Source: Lentimicrobium sp. (lineage in GTDB: Bacteria > Bacteroidota > Bacteroidia > Bacteroidales > 4484-276). Taken from it: a DNA stretch of 36,640 bases. A program made the translations under genes and the position numbers. The stretch lies in contig JAAYWF010000154.1 of assembly GCA_012516825.1 (NCBI GenBank), positions 1-36,640 on the forward strand, written 5' to 3'. Below, piece after piece: positions 24,588 through 34,442 of the stretch (positions are counted from its first letter, which is position 1; every line of letters starts with the position of its first letter). The notes beneath the pieces were generated by a model. That model did no database searches. It was not told where the DNA came from and saw only the letters and a program-made list of their open reading frames with translations.

Positions 24588-27482
24588 TTAGTTGCAAAAA
24601 TAATCTCTTTTATCGTAAAGTTCATTTAATAGGAAATGGCCGGTAAAGGAATTTTTATCTTCAGCTACTTTTTCAGGTGTTCCTTCACTAACAATTTCTC
24701 CCCCTCTTATTCCGCCTTCCGGCCCCAAATCAATGATGTGGTCGGCCATTTTTATTACATCCATATTGTGCTCTATCACCAGTACGGTGTTGCCTCGATT
24801 AACTAACCTGTCCAAAACATTGAGCAGCACTTTAATATCTTCGAAATGCAAGCCGGTAGTAGGTTCGTCGAGGATGTAAATTGTTTGGCCGGTATCGCGT
24901 TTTGAAAGTTCGGCGGCCAATTTTACCCGCTGTGCCTCACCGCCTGAGAGGGTTGTTGATTGTTGTCCTAAGGTGATGTATCCTAATCCAACATCTCTTA
25001 GGGTTTTAATTTTTTGAATAATGGAGGGATGATTTTCAAAAAACTCAACAGCCTGATCAATTGTCATATTTAGCACATCATTTATGGATTTTCCTTTAAA
25101 CCTGACCTCAAGTGTTTCACGGTTATATCTTTTTCCCTGACACGTTTCGCAAAGGACTCGTACATCGGGTAAAAAATTCATCTCTATCAACCTGATTCCT
25201 GCTCCTTGGCATGTTTCGCATCGTCCGCCCTTAACATTGAACGAAAACCTACCAGGTTGATATCCCCTTATCTTCGATTCGGGTAATGAGCCATACAATT
25301 TTCTTATTTCGTCAAATACCTTGGTATAAGTGGCTGGGTTAGAGCGTGGTGTACGGCCAATAGGCGACTGATCAATCTCAATAACCTTATCAACAAACTC
25401 GATACCGGATATCTTTTTATAAGGCAAAGGCTTTTTTTCTGACCGGTAAAAATGAGAACTAAGGATTGGATATAAAGTTTCGTTGATCAAACTCGATTTG
25501 CCACTCCCCGACACGCCTGTAATGCACACAAACTTGCCAAGTGGCAGATTCAATGTTATATTTTTCAGATTATTCCCTGTTGCGCCCTCCAATCTCAAAA
25601 ACTTACCATTGCCTGATCTTCTGATTTTTGGAACAGATATCCTTTTTTTTCCACTCAGGTAATCGCAAGTAATGGTATTACAATCTTTCATGCTATCGGG
25701 CTTGCCTTGTCCAACTATAAGTCCCCCTTTCACTCCTGCGCCCGGCCCAATATCTACAATGTAATCGCTCGAGAGTATCATCTCCTTGTCGTGCTCTACC
25801 ACGATAATTGAATTTCCTATGTCGCGAAGTTGTTTCAGGGCATTGATAAGACGTCGGTTATCACGTTGGTGCAGACCAATACTTGGCTCATCAAGTATAT
25901 ATAGAACTCCCGTAAGCTGCGAGCCAATTTGTGTTGCCAACCTGATACGCTGCGATTCACCACCGGAAAGGCTTCTTGCCGACCGGTTCAAGGTGATGTA
26001 ATCTAAGCCTACTTCGAGTAAAAATCGGATACGTGTACTGATCTCATGAGTAATCTCTCTTGCAATTTTAAAAGTACGGTCAGAGACATGAGATGGTAAA
26101 TTTTCAATCCAGTCATGCAAAAGAAACAGATCCATATTGGCCAGTTCAGCGATATTTTTATTCAAGATTTTAAAATGCAACGACTCTTTTTTAAGTCTGG
26201 CTCCATTACATTCCGGACATGGAATGCGGTTCATAAAGCCTGAAATCCATTTTTTTATCTGATTACTACTTGTCTCATAATCTTGATTGAGGATGAAATT
26301 GATGATACCTTCAAAATTGAGAGAATAGTTAGAAGTAACGCCAAGATATTCGTTTTTTACGTGAATAATTTCATCAGAGCCGTATAATATTGTTATCATT
26401 CCTTTTTCAGGGATATCTTCGATTGGTGTATCGAGGGTAAATCCATATTTATAACCGATAGCCTCTATCTGCCTGAAAATCCAATTGTTTTTATACTCAC
26501 CTAAAGGTGCAAGACCGCCATTTCTGATATTTCGTTTAACGTCGGGGATTACCTTTTTCAAGTCAATCTGCGACACCTCACCAAGTCCGTTGCAATGCGG
26601 ACAGGCTCCATAAGGAGAATTAAAAGAGAAGGTGTTAGGCTCGGGCTCACTATAGGAGATACCGGTGGTCGGGCACATTAACAGACTGCTAAAATGCCTG
26701 ACCTGATCGGCTTTTGTATCATGGATCATAATCACCCCTTTTCCTATTTTCATAGCAGCCTGTACCGATCTTGTTATCCTTTCATTCATGCTATCTTCAA
26801 GCTGTATCCTGTCAATCACAACTTCAATATCATGTGTTTTATAACGGTCAACCTTCATCCCGAAGGTGATATCCCTAATCTCGCCATCCACCCTAACTTT
26901 CGGGTAACCCATCTTTGTGATTTGCTCAAAAAGCTCTCTGTAGTGGCCTTTACGTGCTTTTACCATGGGCGCTAAAAGGTTTATTTGCTTACCTTCATAC
27001 TCCCTCATAATAAGATCAATGATCTCCTTCTCGGTAAAACGCACCATCTTTTCTCCAGTATTTATCGAATAAGCTTCGCCAATTCGGGCATACAACAGGC
27101 GCAAAAAATCATAAATCTCGGTAATAGTGCCAACGGTAGAACGCGGGTTTTTGTTTACACTTTTTTGTTCAATAGATATCACAGGACTTAACCCATCAAT
27201 TTTATCAACATCCGGACGCTCCATATTACCAATAAATTGACGGGCATAAGCAGAAAAAGTCTCCATATAACGCCTCTGCCCTTCGGCATAAATTGTATCA
27301 AATGCCAAAGAGGATTTGCCGCTGCCGCTAAGGCCTGTAATCACTACCAAACTATTGCGGGGTATCTTCACATCAATATTGCGGAGGTTGTGCATCCTAG
27401 CGCCATATACTTCAAGCATATTATGGAAATTGGAACCTTCAGGCTGACGAGTTTGGTCCAATGTGGCGGATTCGTTACTCAT
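24588..27482 (-). CDS. uvrA: Excinuclease ABC subunit A
   Basis: Two Walker A motifs 'GLSGSGKSS' and 'GVSGSGKSS', two 'LSGGE.QR' signatures, Zn-finger CxxC pairs, 'FSFNSPYGAC', 'IGRTPRSNPATY'. Start uncertain (ATG 27482 vs TTG 27503). Confidence 0.97.
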   Translation of the reverse strand: MSNESATLDQTRQPEGSNFHNMLEVYGARMHNLRNIDVKIPRNSLVVITGLSGSGKSSLAFDTIYAEGQRRYMETFSAYARQFIGNMERPDVDKIDGLSPVISIEQKSVNKNPRSTVGTITEIYDFLRLLYARIGEAYSINTGEKMVRFTEKEIIDLIMREYEGKQINLLAPMVKARKGHYRELFEQITKMGYPKVRVDGEIRDITFGMKVDRYKTHDIEVVIDRIQLEDSMNERITRSVQAAMKIGKGVIMIHDTKADQVRHFSSLLMCPTTGISYSEPEPNTFSFNSPYGACPHCNGLGEVSQIDLKKVIPDVKRNIRNGGLAPLGEYKNNWIFRQIEAIGYKYGFTLDTPIEDIPEKGMITILYGSDEIIHVKNEYLGVTSNYSLNFEGIINFILNQDYETSSNQIKKWISGFMNRIPCPECNGARLKKESLHFKILNKNIAELANMDLFLLHDWIENLPSHVSDRTFKIAREITHEISTRIRFLLEVGLDYITLNRSARSLSGGESQRIRLATQIGSQLTGVLYILDEPSIGLHQRDNRRLINALKQLRDIGNSIIVVEHDKEMILSSDYIVDIGPGAGVKGGLIVGQGKPDSMKDCNTITCDYLSGKKRISVPKIRRSGNGKFLRLEGATGNNLKNITLNLPLGKFVCITGVSGSGKSSLINETLYPILSSHFYRSEKKPLPYKKISGIEFVDKVIEIDQSPIGRTPRSNPATYTKVFDEIRKLYGSLPESKIRGYQPGRFSFNVKGGRCETCQGAGIRLIEMNFLPDVRVLCETCQGKRYNRETLEVRFKGKSINDVLNMTIDQAVEFFENHPSIIQKIKTLRDVGLGYITLGQQSTTLSGGEAQRVKLAAELSKRDTGQTIYILDEPTTGLHFEDIKVLLNVLDRLVNRGNTVLVIEHNMDVIKMADHIIDLGPEGGIRGGEIVSEGTPEKVAEDKNSFTGHFLLNELYDKRDYFCN

Positions 27483-27700
27483 GTATGGAGATGAAAATTT
27501 CAATTATAATTCGAATCACTAAACAATATGAAAAGCATTTTTATTGCAAAGCATTGAAAATTGTAAACTTTGATAAAAATAGTAACAAAAAGCGGAGGCT
27601 TAGTAGTATAATCATTGACGAACACTTAATTTAGGGTAATTTAATTCTTCATTTTCACTTGAATCCTCATCTTTCAGTCTCTTAGTTTTTTTTACTGTAA

Positions 27701-29203
27701 TTAGCTTTGAGAATCATGTATATTCAGATTTTTTAGTGTTTTGCGTAGCGAATTATGATCAACGGTAATAATCAATAGTTTGTCTTTTTCCATTAGTATT
27801 GTATTCCCTTTGGGTATAAAGTAATTGTTATCGCGGTTTATCATCACCACAAGTGTTTCTTCCGGTATCTCTAATTCCATCACTTTGTTACCTTTACTTA
27901 GGGTGGTAGAATTTATCTCAATTTCGGTAACTATTGATTTAATATCATCAGAAAAATCAACATCAAAACTTTCAATTTTTCCAATTTTTGGTGGTTTTTC
28001 TGTAAGCCCGAGCCATTTGGCGATAGCAGGTAATGAAGTACCCTGAACTAATAACGAAATTATTGTGCAGAAAAAGACGATGTTGAAGATAAGCCTTGCA
28101 TGAGGTACATTCTCGGTAAGTGGAAATAATGCAAAAATAATGGGCACCGCTCCTCTGAGGCCTACCCATGAAACGTAGGCTTTATCTCTAATTGGCATTT
28201 TTCGGAATGGAAGCAAGCAGAGAAAGACAGTGAGAGGGCGGGTAATAAAAATCATTGCAAGGCTGATTATCAAACCTGGGATCATAATTGGTACTAGCTC
28301 GCGTGGATTCACTAATAACCCCAAGGTTAAGAACATTATTAACTGACCAAGCCAGGCCAGACCATCAAAAAATTTAAGCGAAGTACGTTTGTGGACAAAC
28401 TTTCCGTTTCCAATAGTCAGACCAGCAACATAAACAGCCAGATAGCCATTCCCTTTTGCAAAATAAGTAAGAGAGAAAATAAATAAACAGATTGTTAAAA
28501 CTAATATCGGGTAAAGCGAATCGTTACCGATTTTTATTCTATTTATAAGATATATGCTCAGCTTACCAATAGCCAAGCCAATCAAAGCGCCAACAACCAA
28601 TTGAATTACTACCTGTAAGCTTACCATCCAATAGTTTGGTGTTGTTTCGAAGTTTATTAATTCGATAAGTGTAATTACTAACAGGTATGCCATTGGGTCG
28701 TTACTTCCGCTCTCTAACTCAAGCATTGGCCTAAGGTTGTTTTTCAGATGCAGCCCTTTGGAGCGTAAAATAGAAAATACCGATGCAGAATCGGTAGATG
28801 ACATTGTAGAGGCTAACAGGAAAGAGGTTATCAAACCTATACTGGCCGATTTGATAGTCATTCCTAAAATCCACCAGACAAAAATGCCGGTGAAAAGCGC
28901 CGTTAAAAAAACTCCTATTGTTGCCAAAATAACGCCCTGAAAGATTACAGGGCGTATCTCGTCAATTTTTGTATCAAGACCGCCGGAAAAGAGTATTACA
29001 CAAAGAGCAAGCGCACCAAGATTACGTGCAACCTGTATATTCTCAAAATGAATGCCTAATCCATCGCTCCCAAATATCATCCCTACCGACAAAAACAGCA
29101 ATAATGCAGGAACACCGTATTTGGAACTCGCTTTACCGGCAAGAATGCTAAAGAAAAAAAGAACTGACAGTATTAAAATTAATAGTTCAATTTGAACATC
29201 CAT
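27701..29203 (-). CDS. cvrA: Potassium/proton antiporter (CPA1, NhaP2/CvrA type) with C-terminal TrkA-C domain
   Basis: 'SSTDSASVFSILR', 'LELESGSNDPMA', 'MFLTLGLLVNP', 'WVGLRGAVPII'; many TM segments. Confidence 0.9.
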   Translation of the reverse strand: MDVQIELLILILSVLFFFSILAGKASSKYGVPALLLFLSVGMIFGSDGLGIHFENIQVARNLGALALCVILFSGGLDTKIDEIRPVIFQGVILATIGVFLTALFTGIFVWWILGMTIKSASIGLITSFLLASTMSSTDSASVFSILRSKGLHLKNNLRPMLELESGSNDPMAYLLVITLIELINFETTPNYWMVSLQVVIQLVVGALIGLAIGKLSIYLINRIKIGNDSLYPILVLTICLFIFSLTYFAKGNGYLAVYVAGLTIGNGKFVHKRTSLKFFDGLAWLGQLIMFLTLGLLVNPRELVPIMIPGLIISLAMIFITRPLTVFLCLLPFRKMPIRDKAYVSWVGLRGAVPIIFALFPLTENVPHARLIFNIVFFCTIISLLVQGTSLPAIAKWLGLTEKPPKIGKIESFDVDFSDDIKSIVTEIEINSTTLSKGNKVMELEIPEETLVVMINRDNNYFIPKGNTILMEKDKLLIITVDHNSLRKTLKNLNIHDSQS

Positions 29204-29472
29204 CTTACTAAAAAGTTAATAAAAAGCTGATTAATGAACCAGACAAATATAGTTTGTTTGAATGTTCAGCAAAAATAATAACATACTTTTTAACTACTCT
29301 TTCTTTTACTACCTCGTGATTCAGCCATCGTAACGGTCGGAAAACGCTTTTTTTTGAATAAATTATTAAAACTACTCAATTATCCTAATACGTATAAATA
29401 CTTATTTGATAATTAGGTATAAATTTCCAAAAATTGAGTTTTTAAAGGGGTTAATGGTGGCGTTAGACGGGG

Positions 29473-29480
29473 TAACTTTG
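29473..29480 (+). promoter_or_regulatory. -7 promoter element (TAACTTTG-C) of the pst operon
   Basis: TAnnTTTG 50 bp upstream of the pstS ATG. Confidence 0.65.
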
Positions 29481-29530
29481 CAGAAAAATATTATTATCAT
29501 AGAATAAAAAGTTGTCTAACACCTATTATC

Positions 29531-30514
29531 ATGAGAACAAAAACAACATTTACACTTCTAATTATTACGGCTTTTTATTTTTTTTACTTCATTCTGAATG
29601 GTTGTACTTCGCAGCCAGAAAATCGGCATCACAAGAAAGGTAAGCTTAAGGGTACTATATCCATTTCGGGTGCATTTGCACTTTATCCAATGACGGTTAA
29701 GTGGGCTGAGGAGTTTATGCAACTCAATCCTGGTGTGCGGATTGACATTAGCGCAGGTGGCGCTGGTAAAGGAATGGCCGATGTATTATCCGAAATGGTT
29801 GATCTGGCAATGGTGTCAAGGGAAATAGCGCCTGCGGAAATTGAAAAAGGAGCCTGGTATCTGGCGGTATGTAAGGATGCAGTATTAGGAACGATCAACG
29901 AATCCAATCCATACGTTAAAGAGATTAAGCAGTATGGCATTTCGAGAGAGACACTCACAAAAATTTACATTGATGTAACTATTGAAAACTGGGATCAGAT
30001 ACCGGGTATCTCAGCCAACAATCAGAAGATAAATGTTTATACCCGTTCCGATGCCTGTGGCGCCGCTGAAATGTGGGGGCTTTTTTTTGGAAAAAATCAA
30101 GAGAGCCTTCAAGGGATAGGAGTATTTGGAGACCCAGGCATAGCCGATGCAGTTAAAAATGATAAATTCGGGATCGGCTTCAACAATGTTATCTATGCCT
30201 TTGATATAAATACACGAAAAAAATTTGAAGGATTAGAAATAATACCGATTGATCTGAATAATAACGGGGTAATAGACCCTGATGAGAATTTTTACGACAA
30301 TCTTGATGACATTTGTGCCGCTATTGGAAATGAACAATACCCTTCACCGCCAGCCCGTGATCTATATCTAATATCGAAAGGGGAACCTAAAAACCCGATC
30401 GTAATTGAATTTTTAAAATGGATACTTACCGAAGGGCAACAGTACGTCAATGATGCCGGCTATGTACGTCTTTCGGAATCAAAAATTGAAACTGAGATGC
30501 AAAAGATTAAATGA
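29531..30514 (+). CDS. pstS: Phosphate ABC transporter substrate-binding lipoprotein
   Basis: Lipobox 'LNGC', 'ISGAFALYP', 'GGAGKG', 'YTRSDACGA'; first gene of the pst operon. Confidence 0.88.
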   Translation: MRTKTTFTLLIITAFYFFYFILNGCTSQPENRHHKKGKLKGTISISGAFALYPMTVKWAEEFMQLNPGVRIDISAGGAGKGMADVLSEMVDLAMVSREIAPAEIEKGAWYLAVCKDAVLGTINESNPYVKEIKQYGISRETLTKIYIDVTIENWDQIPGISANNQKINVYTRSDACGAAEMWGLFFGKNQESLQGIGVFGDPGIADAVKNDKFGIGFNNVIYAFDINTRKKFEGLEIIPIDLNNNGVIDPDENFYDNLDDICAAIGNEQYPSPPARDLYLISKGEPKNPIVIEFLKWILTEGQQYVNDAGYVRLSESKIETEMQKIK

Positions 30515-31416
30515 GGTTGAGAAATTTCAATATTGGTCGCCACCTGAGGGATAGGCTACATTATTCGTGGATGCTATTAGTATTAGCTATTACTATGATA
30601 GTGCCTGTAGCTCTTTTGAGCGGTTTGATATATAAATCGTCATTTTTACTGAGCGAACAATCCTTTTTTCAAATCCTTTTTTCAAATCAATGGAAACCCC
30701 TTTCGGGCAAATTTGGTTTTTATCCTTTCATCATCAGCTCCTTGTGGGTATCGGTAGTTTCGCTGTTAATAGCAGTTCCTATTTGCCTTTTAACGGCTAT
30801 ACATCTCACACAGTACGCTAAACGGTGGGTGTTGAACCTTATGCATCCGGTAATTGATCTTTTGGCAGGCATACCGTCAGTGATCTTTGGGATGTGGGGT
30901 ATCTTAGTAATTGTACCAGTAATTTCGAATTATATCGGGCCATTATTTGGAAAAAACATTTCGGGTTATTCAATATTAGCCGGTGCAATAGTCCTTTCGA
31001 TAATGATTATCCCTTTCATTTTGAATATTTTAATTGAACTATTCCGACATATCCCGACAGAGCTTAAAGAGACCTCTTTATCTCTTGGAGCTACACAGTG
31101 GCAAACTGTGAAGTTTGTACTTGTCAAAAAAATATTTCCCGGAATAGTCTCCGCCTTCGGATTGGGGATGTCAAGGGCATTTGGAGAAACAATTGCGGTT
31201 TTGATGGTTGTAGGAAATGTAGTACATGTACCTAAAGGAATATTTCAACCTGGTTATCCATTGCCTGCATTAATTGCCAACAATTATGGTGAAATGCTTT
31301 CGATACCTCTTTACGATTCGGCACTTATGCTGGCTGCACTTATACTTTTCGTTATTGTCCTTTTTTTCAACTTTTTATCCCGATTAATCATCGTCAAATC
31401 AAACATACACAATTAA
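30511..31416 (+). CDS. pstC: Phosphate ABC transporter permease PstC
   Basis: 'DLLAGIPSVIFGMWG', 'SLSLGATQWQT', 'SRAFGETIAVLMVVGN'. Confidence 0.95.
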   Translation: MRLRNFNIGRHLRDRLHYSWMLLVLAITMIVPVALLSGLIYKSSFLLSEQSFFQILFSNQWKPLSGKFGFYPFIISSLWVSVVSLLIAVPICLLTAIHLTQYAKRWVLNLMHPVIDLLAGIPSVIFGMWGILVIVPVISNYIGPLFGKNISGYSILAGAIVLSIMIIPFILNILIELFRHIPTELKETSLSLGATQWQTVKFVLVKKIFPGIVSAFGLGMSRAFGETIAVLMVVGNVVHVPKGIFQPGYPLPALIANNYGEMLSIPLYDSALMLAALILFVIVLFFNFLSRLIIVKSNIHN

Positions 31417-31420
31417 TTTC

Positions 31421-32275
31421 ATGGACTTACGCAAAATAGAGGAGATATTTTTCAGGATTTTGATGTTTTGTTCAACGGTCATCATCGCCGTATCACTTAT
31501 CATTATAATATTCAGCACGTTTTATAAAGGGCTTCCACATTTAACATGGGAGATGATTAGCAAGACGCCTAAGGGCGGATTTTATTTTGGGAAAGAGGGC
31601 GGTATTCTGAATGCTATTGTTGGTTCGCTTTATTTATCATTTGGGGCAACAATACTCGCAATTTTATTTGGATTGCCGTTAGCGCTTTTTCTAAATGTAC
31701 ATATTGCTCACCGACGCAAATTAGTGAATGTAGTAAGATTTGTGATGGATTTACTATGGGGTGTTCCCTCCATCGTCTATGGCGCATTTGGCTTTACGAT
31801 AATGGTTTTTTTTGGGATCAGAGCTTCGTTGCTTGCTGGAATTATTACCGTAACCCTCTTTATCATCCCAATCATGGTCAGGGGGATTGACGAAGTACTA
31901 CAGTCGGTTCCGCGCGGCTTACACGAATCATCTCTATCATTGGGGTCAACGAGAGCCGAAACAGCTTACAAAGTATTTTTAAAACAGTCGGTTCCGGGTG
32001 TTGTTACTGCTATTTTGCTATCCTTCGGACGAGCTATCGGCGATGCAGCTTCTATCCTGTTTACCACCGGCTACACCGATCATATCCCAACATCTCTCAG
32101 CCAGCCAACCGCCACATTACCTCTGGCAATCTTCTTTCAGTTAAGCTCACCGATACCTCAAGTAAGAGACAGAGCTTATGCTGCAGCCGCTGTCTTATTT
32201 ATCATCATTTTAATAATCAGCATATTGTCAAGGTTTTTTAGTAAAAGATATCAGAAAAATAAAATCAACTTTTAA
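31421..32275 (+). CDS. pstA: Phosphate ABC transporter permease PstA
   Basis: 'GGILNAIVGS', 'GVPSIVYGAFG', 'GRAIGDAA'. Confidence 0.93.
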   Translation: MDLRKIEEIFFRILMFCSTVIIAVSLIIIIFSTFYKGLPHLTWEMISKTPKGGFYFGKEGGILNAIVGSLYLSFGATILAILFGLPLALFLNVHIAHRRKLVNVVRFVMDLLWGVPSIVYGAFGFTIMVFFGIRASLLAGIITVTLFIIPIMVRGIDEVLQSVPRGLHESSLSLGSTRAETAYKVFLKQSVPGVVTAILLSFGRAIGDAASILFTTGYTDHIPTSLSQPTATLPLAIFFQLSSPIPQVRDRAYAAAAVLFIIILIISILSRFFSKRYQKNKINF

Positions 32276-32277
32276 CC

Positions 32278-33036
32278 ATGAATAAACCTAAGATCAATAT
32301 ACAGGATTTGAATCTTTATTACGGCAAACAACATATTCTTAAAAATATCAATACCATTATCCCCGAACGTCAAATAACGGTTATCATGGGGCCTTCGGGT
32401 TGTGGTAAAACGACCTTAATGAAAAGCCTTAACAGGCTAACTGATCTCACTCCTGATTGTTCTGTTAGTGGTAAAATAATGATTGATGGGCAAAATATTC
32501 TTAATACTACCGAAGATATTACTAAAATCCGAAAAAAGATGGGCCTTCTGGCGCAAAGGCCATATCCATTACCGATGAGCATTTACAATAATGTCGCTTA
32601 TGGTTTACGTATTAGCGGAAGAAAAAAAAGGCGTTTTCTCGACAAAAGAGTAGAACACTATCTTCGTCAAGTAAATCTATGGAACGAGGTGAAAGACCGT
32701 CTGAAAGAACCTGCCGGAACACTTTCTATTGGCCAGCAACAACGTCTGTGCCTTGCAAGAGGTCTTGCCGTTGATCCCGAAATAATTCTTGCCGATGAGC
32801 CTACTTCAGCATTAGACCCCATTTCGAGCCAGACTATTGAGGAGAAATTTAAAGAGTTAAAAAATCAATTTACCATTGTAATGGTTACCCACATTCTCCG
32901 ACAAGCAAAACGAATAGCAGATTATGTGATTTTTATGTATTTAGGCGAAATAATCGAACAAGGCCCAGCTAAAGATTTTTTTGAAAACCCTCAAGAAGAG
33001 ATCACAAAAGACTATCTGAAAGGATTGTTTTATTAA
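32278..33036 (+). CDS. pstB: Phosphate ABC transporter ATP-binding protein
   Basis: Walker A 'GPSGCGKTT', 'PMSIYNNVAYG', 'LSIGQQQRLCLAR', 'DEPTSALDP'. Confidence 0.95.
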   Translation: MNKPKINIQDLNLYYGKQHILKNINTIIPERQITVIMGPSGCGKTTLMKSLNRLTDLTPDCSVSGKIMIDGQNILNTTEDITKIRKKMGLLAQRPYPLPMSIYNNVAYGLRISGRKKRRFLDKRVEHYLRQVNLWNEVKDRLKEPAGTLSIGQQQRLCLARGLAVDPEIILADEPTSALDPISSQTIEEKFKELKNQFTIVMVTHILRQAKRIADYVIFMYLGEIIEQGPAKDFFENPQEEITKDYLKGLFY

Positions 33037-33157
33037 TAGAGGAAAGTCTTTACCTAAAGGAGGTTTAATAGATTCAATTTTGAGTCAGTTCCAAAAATGA
33101 AATTTTTCAGATTTTCGTGTATGGCTGCTGAACGAAGGTGAAGTATTCGTGTTAAAA

Positions 33158-34417
33158 TTACTTTTCGAAGTTGGTTAAATTATTAGATATATTCTTCAGA
33201 TAATTAACAATTATTCCTGTTGCACCCTGCTTTTGTTCAACATAATTTCGTGCAGCAAATGACGATGCTTCATATTTTTTTTGGTTGTTTAACAATGTGT
33301 TTATCACTTCAATAAATTCGCTTTTCGAACTTATGTTGTATGCGCCGCCACGTTCGATTAGATCAACCGCTTCATGAAATTTGTTAAAGTTGGGACCAAA
33401 GATTACAGGGACTCCAAATGTTGCCGCTTCAAGGGTATTATGTATGCCGCTCCCAAATCCACCGCCAATATAAGCTAACGTTGCGTATTTATAGATATGA
33501 GATAAAATTCCGATAGTGTCAATTACCATTACTGGTGCTTCCGTTACATTGCTGGTATCAGCCATTGAATATCTGATTGCTGAATCGGGTAATTTTCGCA
33601 TCAAAGTTTGAATGCGAGCTTCATGCACTTCGTGAGGCGCAATAATTATTTTTAAGCCATCGAAATTCAATTTAATTAATTCGGTTATCAATTCCTCATC
33701 AGGTTGCCATGTGCTACCGGCTAAAAAGATTTTGCTTTCCCCTTTAAAAATTTCAATTGGTGGGAAAACCCTTTTTTGTTTGGCTATATTATGTACACGA
33801 TCGAAACGTGTATCGCCACTTAAGGTAACCTGCTCTATTCCATGTTTTTGTAAAAGGTCTGCTGACGATTGGTTTTGTACAAAGAAGTGATCTGCCTGCC
33901 GTAGTTGTTCAATCTGCCATCTTCCCCATTTCCGAAAAAAATGTTGTTTAGGTCGAAAAATTGTTGAAATAAAAATATAAGGCACATAGCTTCTTTTTAG
34001 CTCACGCATGTAGTTAAACCAAAACTCATACTTTACAAAAACGGCAATTTCGGGCTTTACTAAATCAATAAAACGCCTGGCATTTCTACGGGTATCGGCA
34101 GGCAGGTAAAATATATAATCGGCTCCGGGGTAATTTTTTCTAATTTCGAAACCTGATGGAGAAAAGAAAGTAAGAATTATCTGTTTGTCAGGAAATGTCT
34201 CTTTAAAAGATTCAATTACCGGGAGCCCCTGTTCAAACTCCCCTAACGAAGCACAGTGAAACCATACTATTGGCTTGTCATGTTCAACCCTCTTGATGAT
34301 TTTTTTAAAAACGTCCTTCCTGCCAGCAATCCACATTCGGGCTTTGTTGTTAAATGGTTTGCTAAGCCATATTGTAAGGTTGTAGAGTTGGATGAAGAGG
34401 TTATAGAAGAAAAACAT
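33158..34417 (-). CDS. waaA: 3-deoxy-D-manno-octulosonic acid (Kdo) transferase
   Basis: 'WFHCASLGE', 'TFFSPSG', 'YLPAD', 'KYEFW', 'GDTRFDRV', 'AGSTW', 'GGGF..GIHN.LEAA.FG.PVIFGP'. Confidence 0.93.
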   Translation of the reverse strand: MFFFYNLFIQLYNLTIWLSKPFNNKARMWIAGRKDVFKKIIKRVEHDKPIVWFHCASLGEFEQGLPVIESFKETFPDKQIILTFFSPSGFEIRKNYPGADYIFYLPADTRRNARRFIDLVKPEIAVFVKYEFWFNYMRELKRSYVPYIFISTIFRPKQHFFRKWGRWQIEQLRQADHFFVQNQSSADLLQKHGIEQVTLSGDTRFDRVHNIAKQKRVFPPIEIFKGESKIFLAGSTWQPDEELITELIKLNFDGLKIIIAPHEVHEARIQTLMRKLPDSAIRYSMADTSNVTEAPVMVIDTIGILSHIYKYATLAYIGGGFGSGIHNTLEAATFGVPVIFGPNFNKFHEAVDLIERGGAYNISSKSEFIEVINTLLNNQKKYEASSFAARNYVEQKQGATGIIVNYLKNISNNLTNFEK

Positions 34418-34442
34418 TACCAATAAAAATTTGAATTACAGG

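Noticed and set aside
4545-29239. Shared intergenic word CTGATTAATGAAC at 4558-4570 and 29227-29239, each preceded by AAAGTTAA
   Set aside because: Only two AT-rich copies, different spacing, and unrelated downstream genes; not distinguishable from chance without a genome-wide count.
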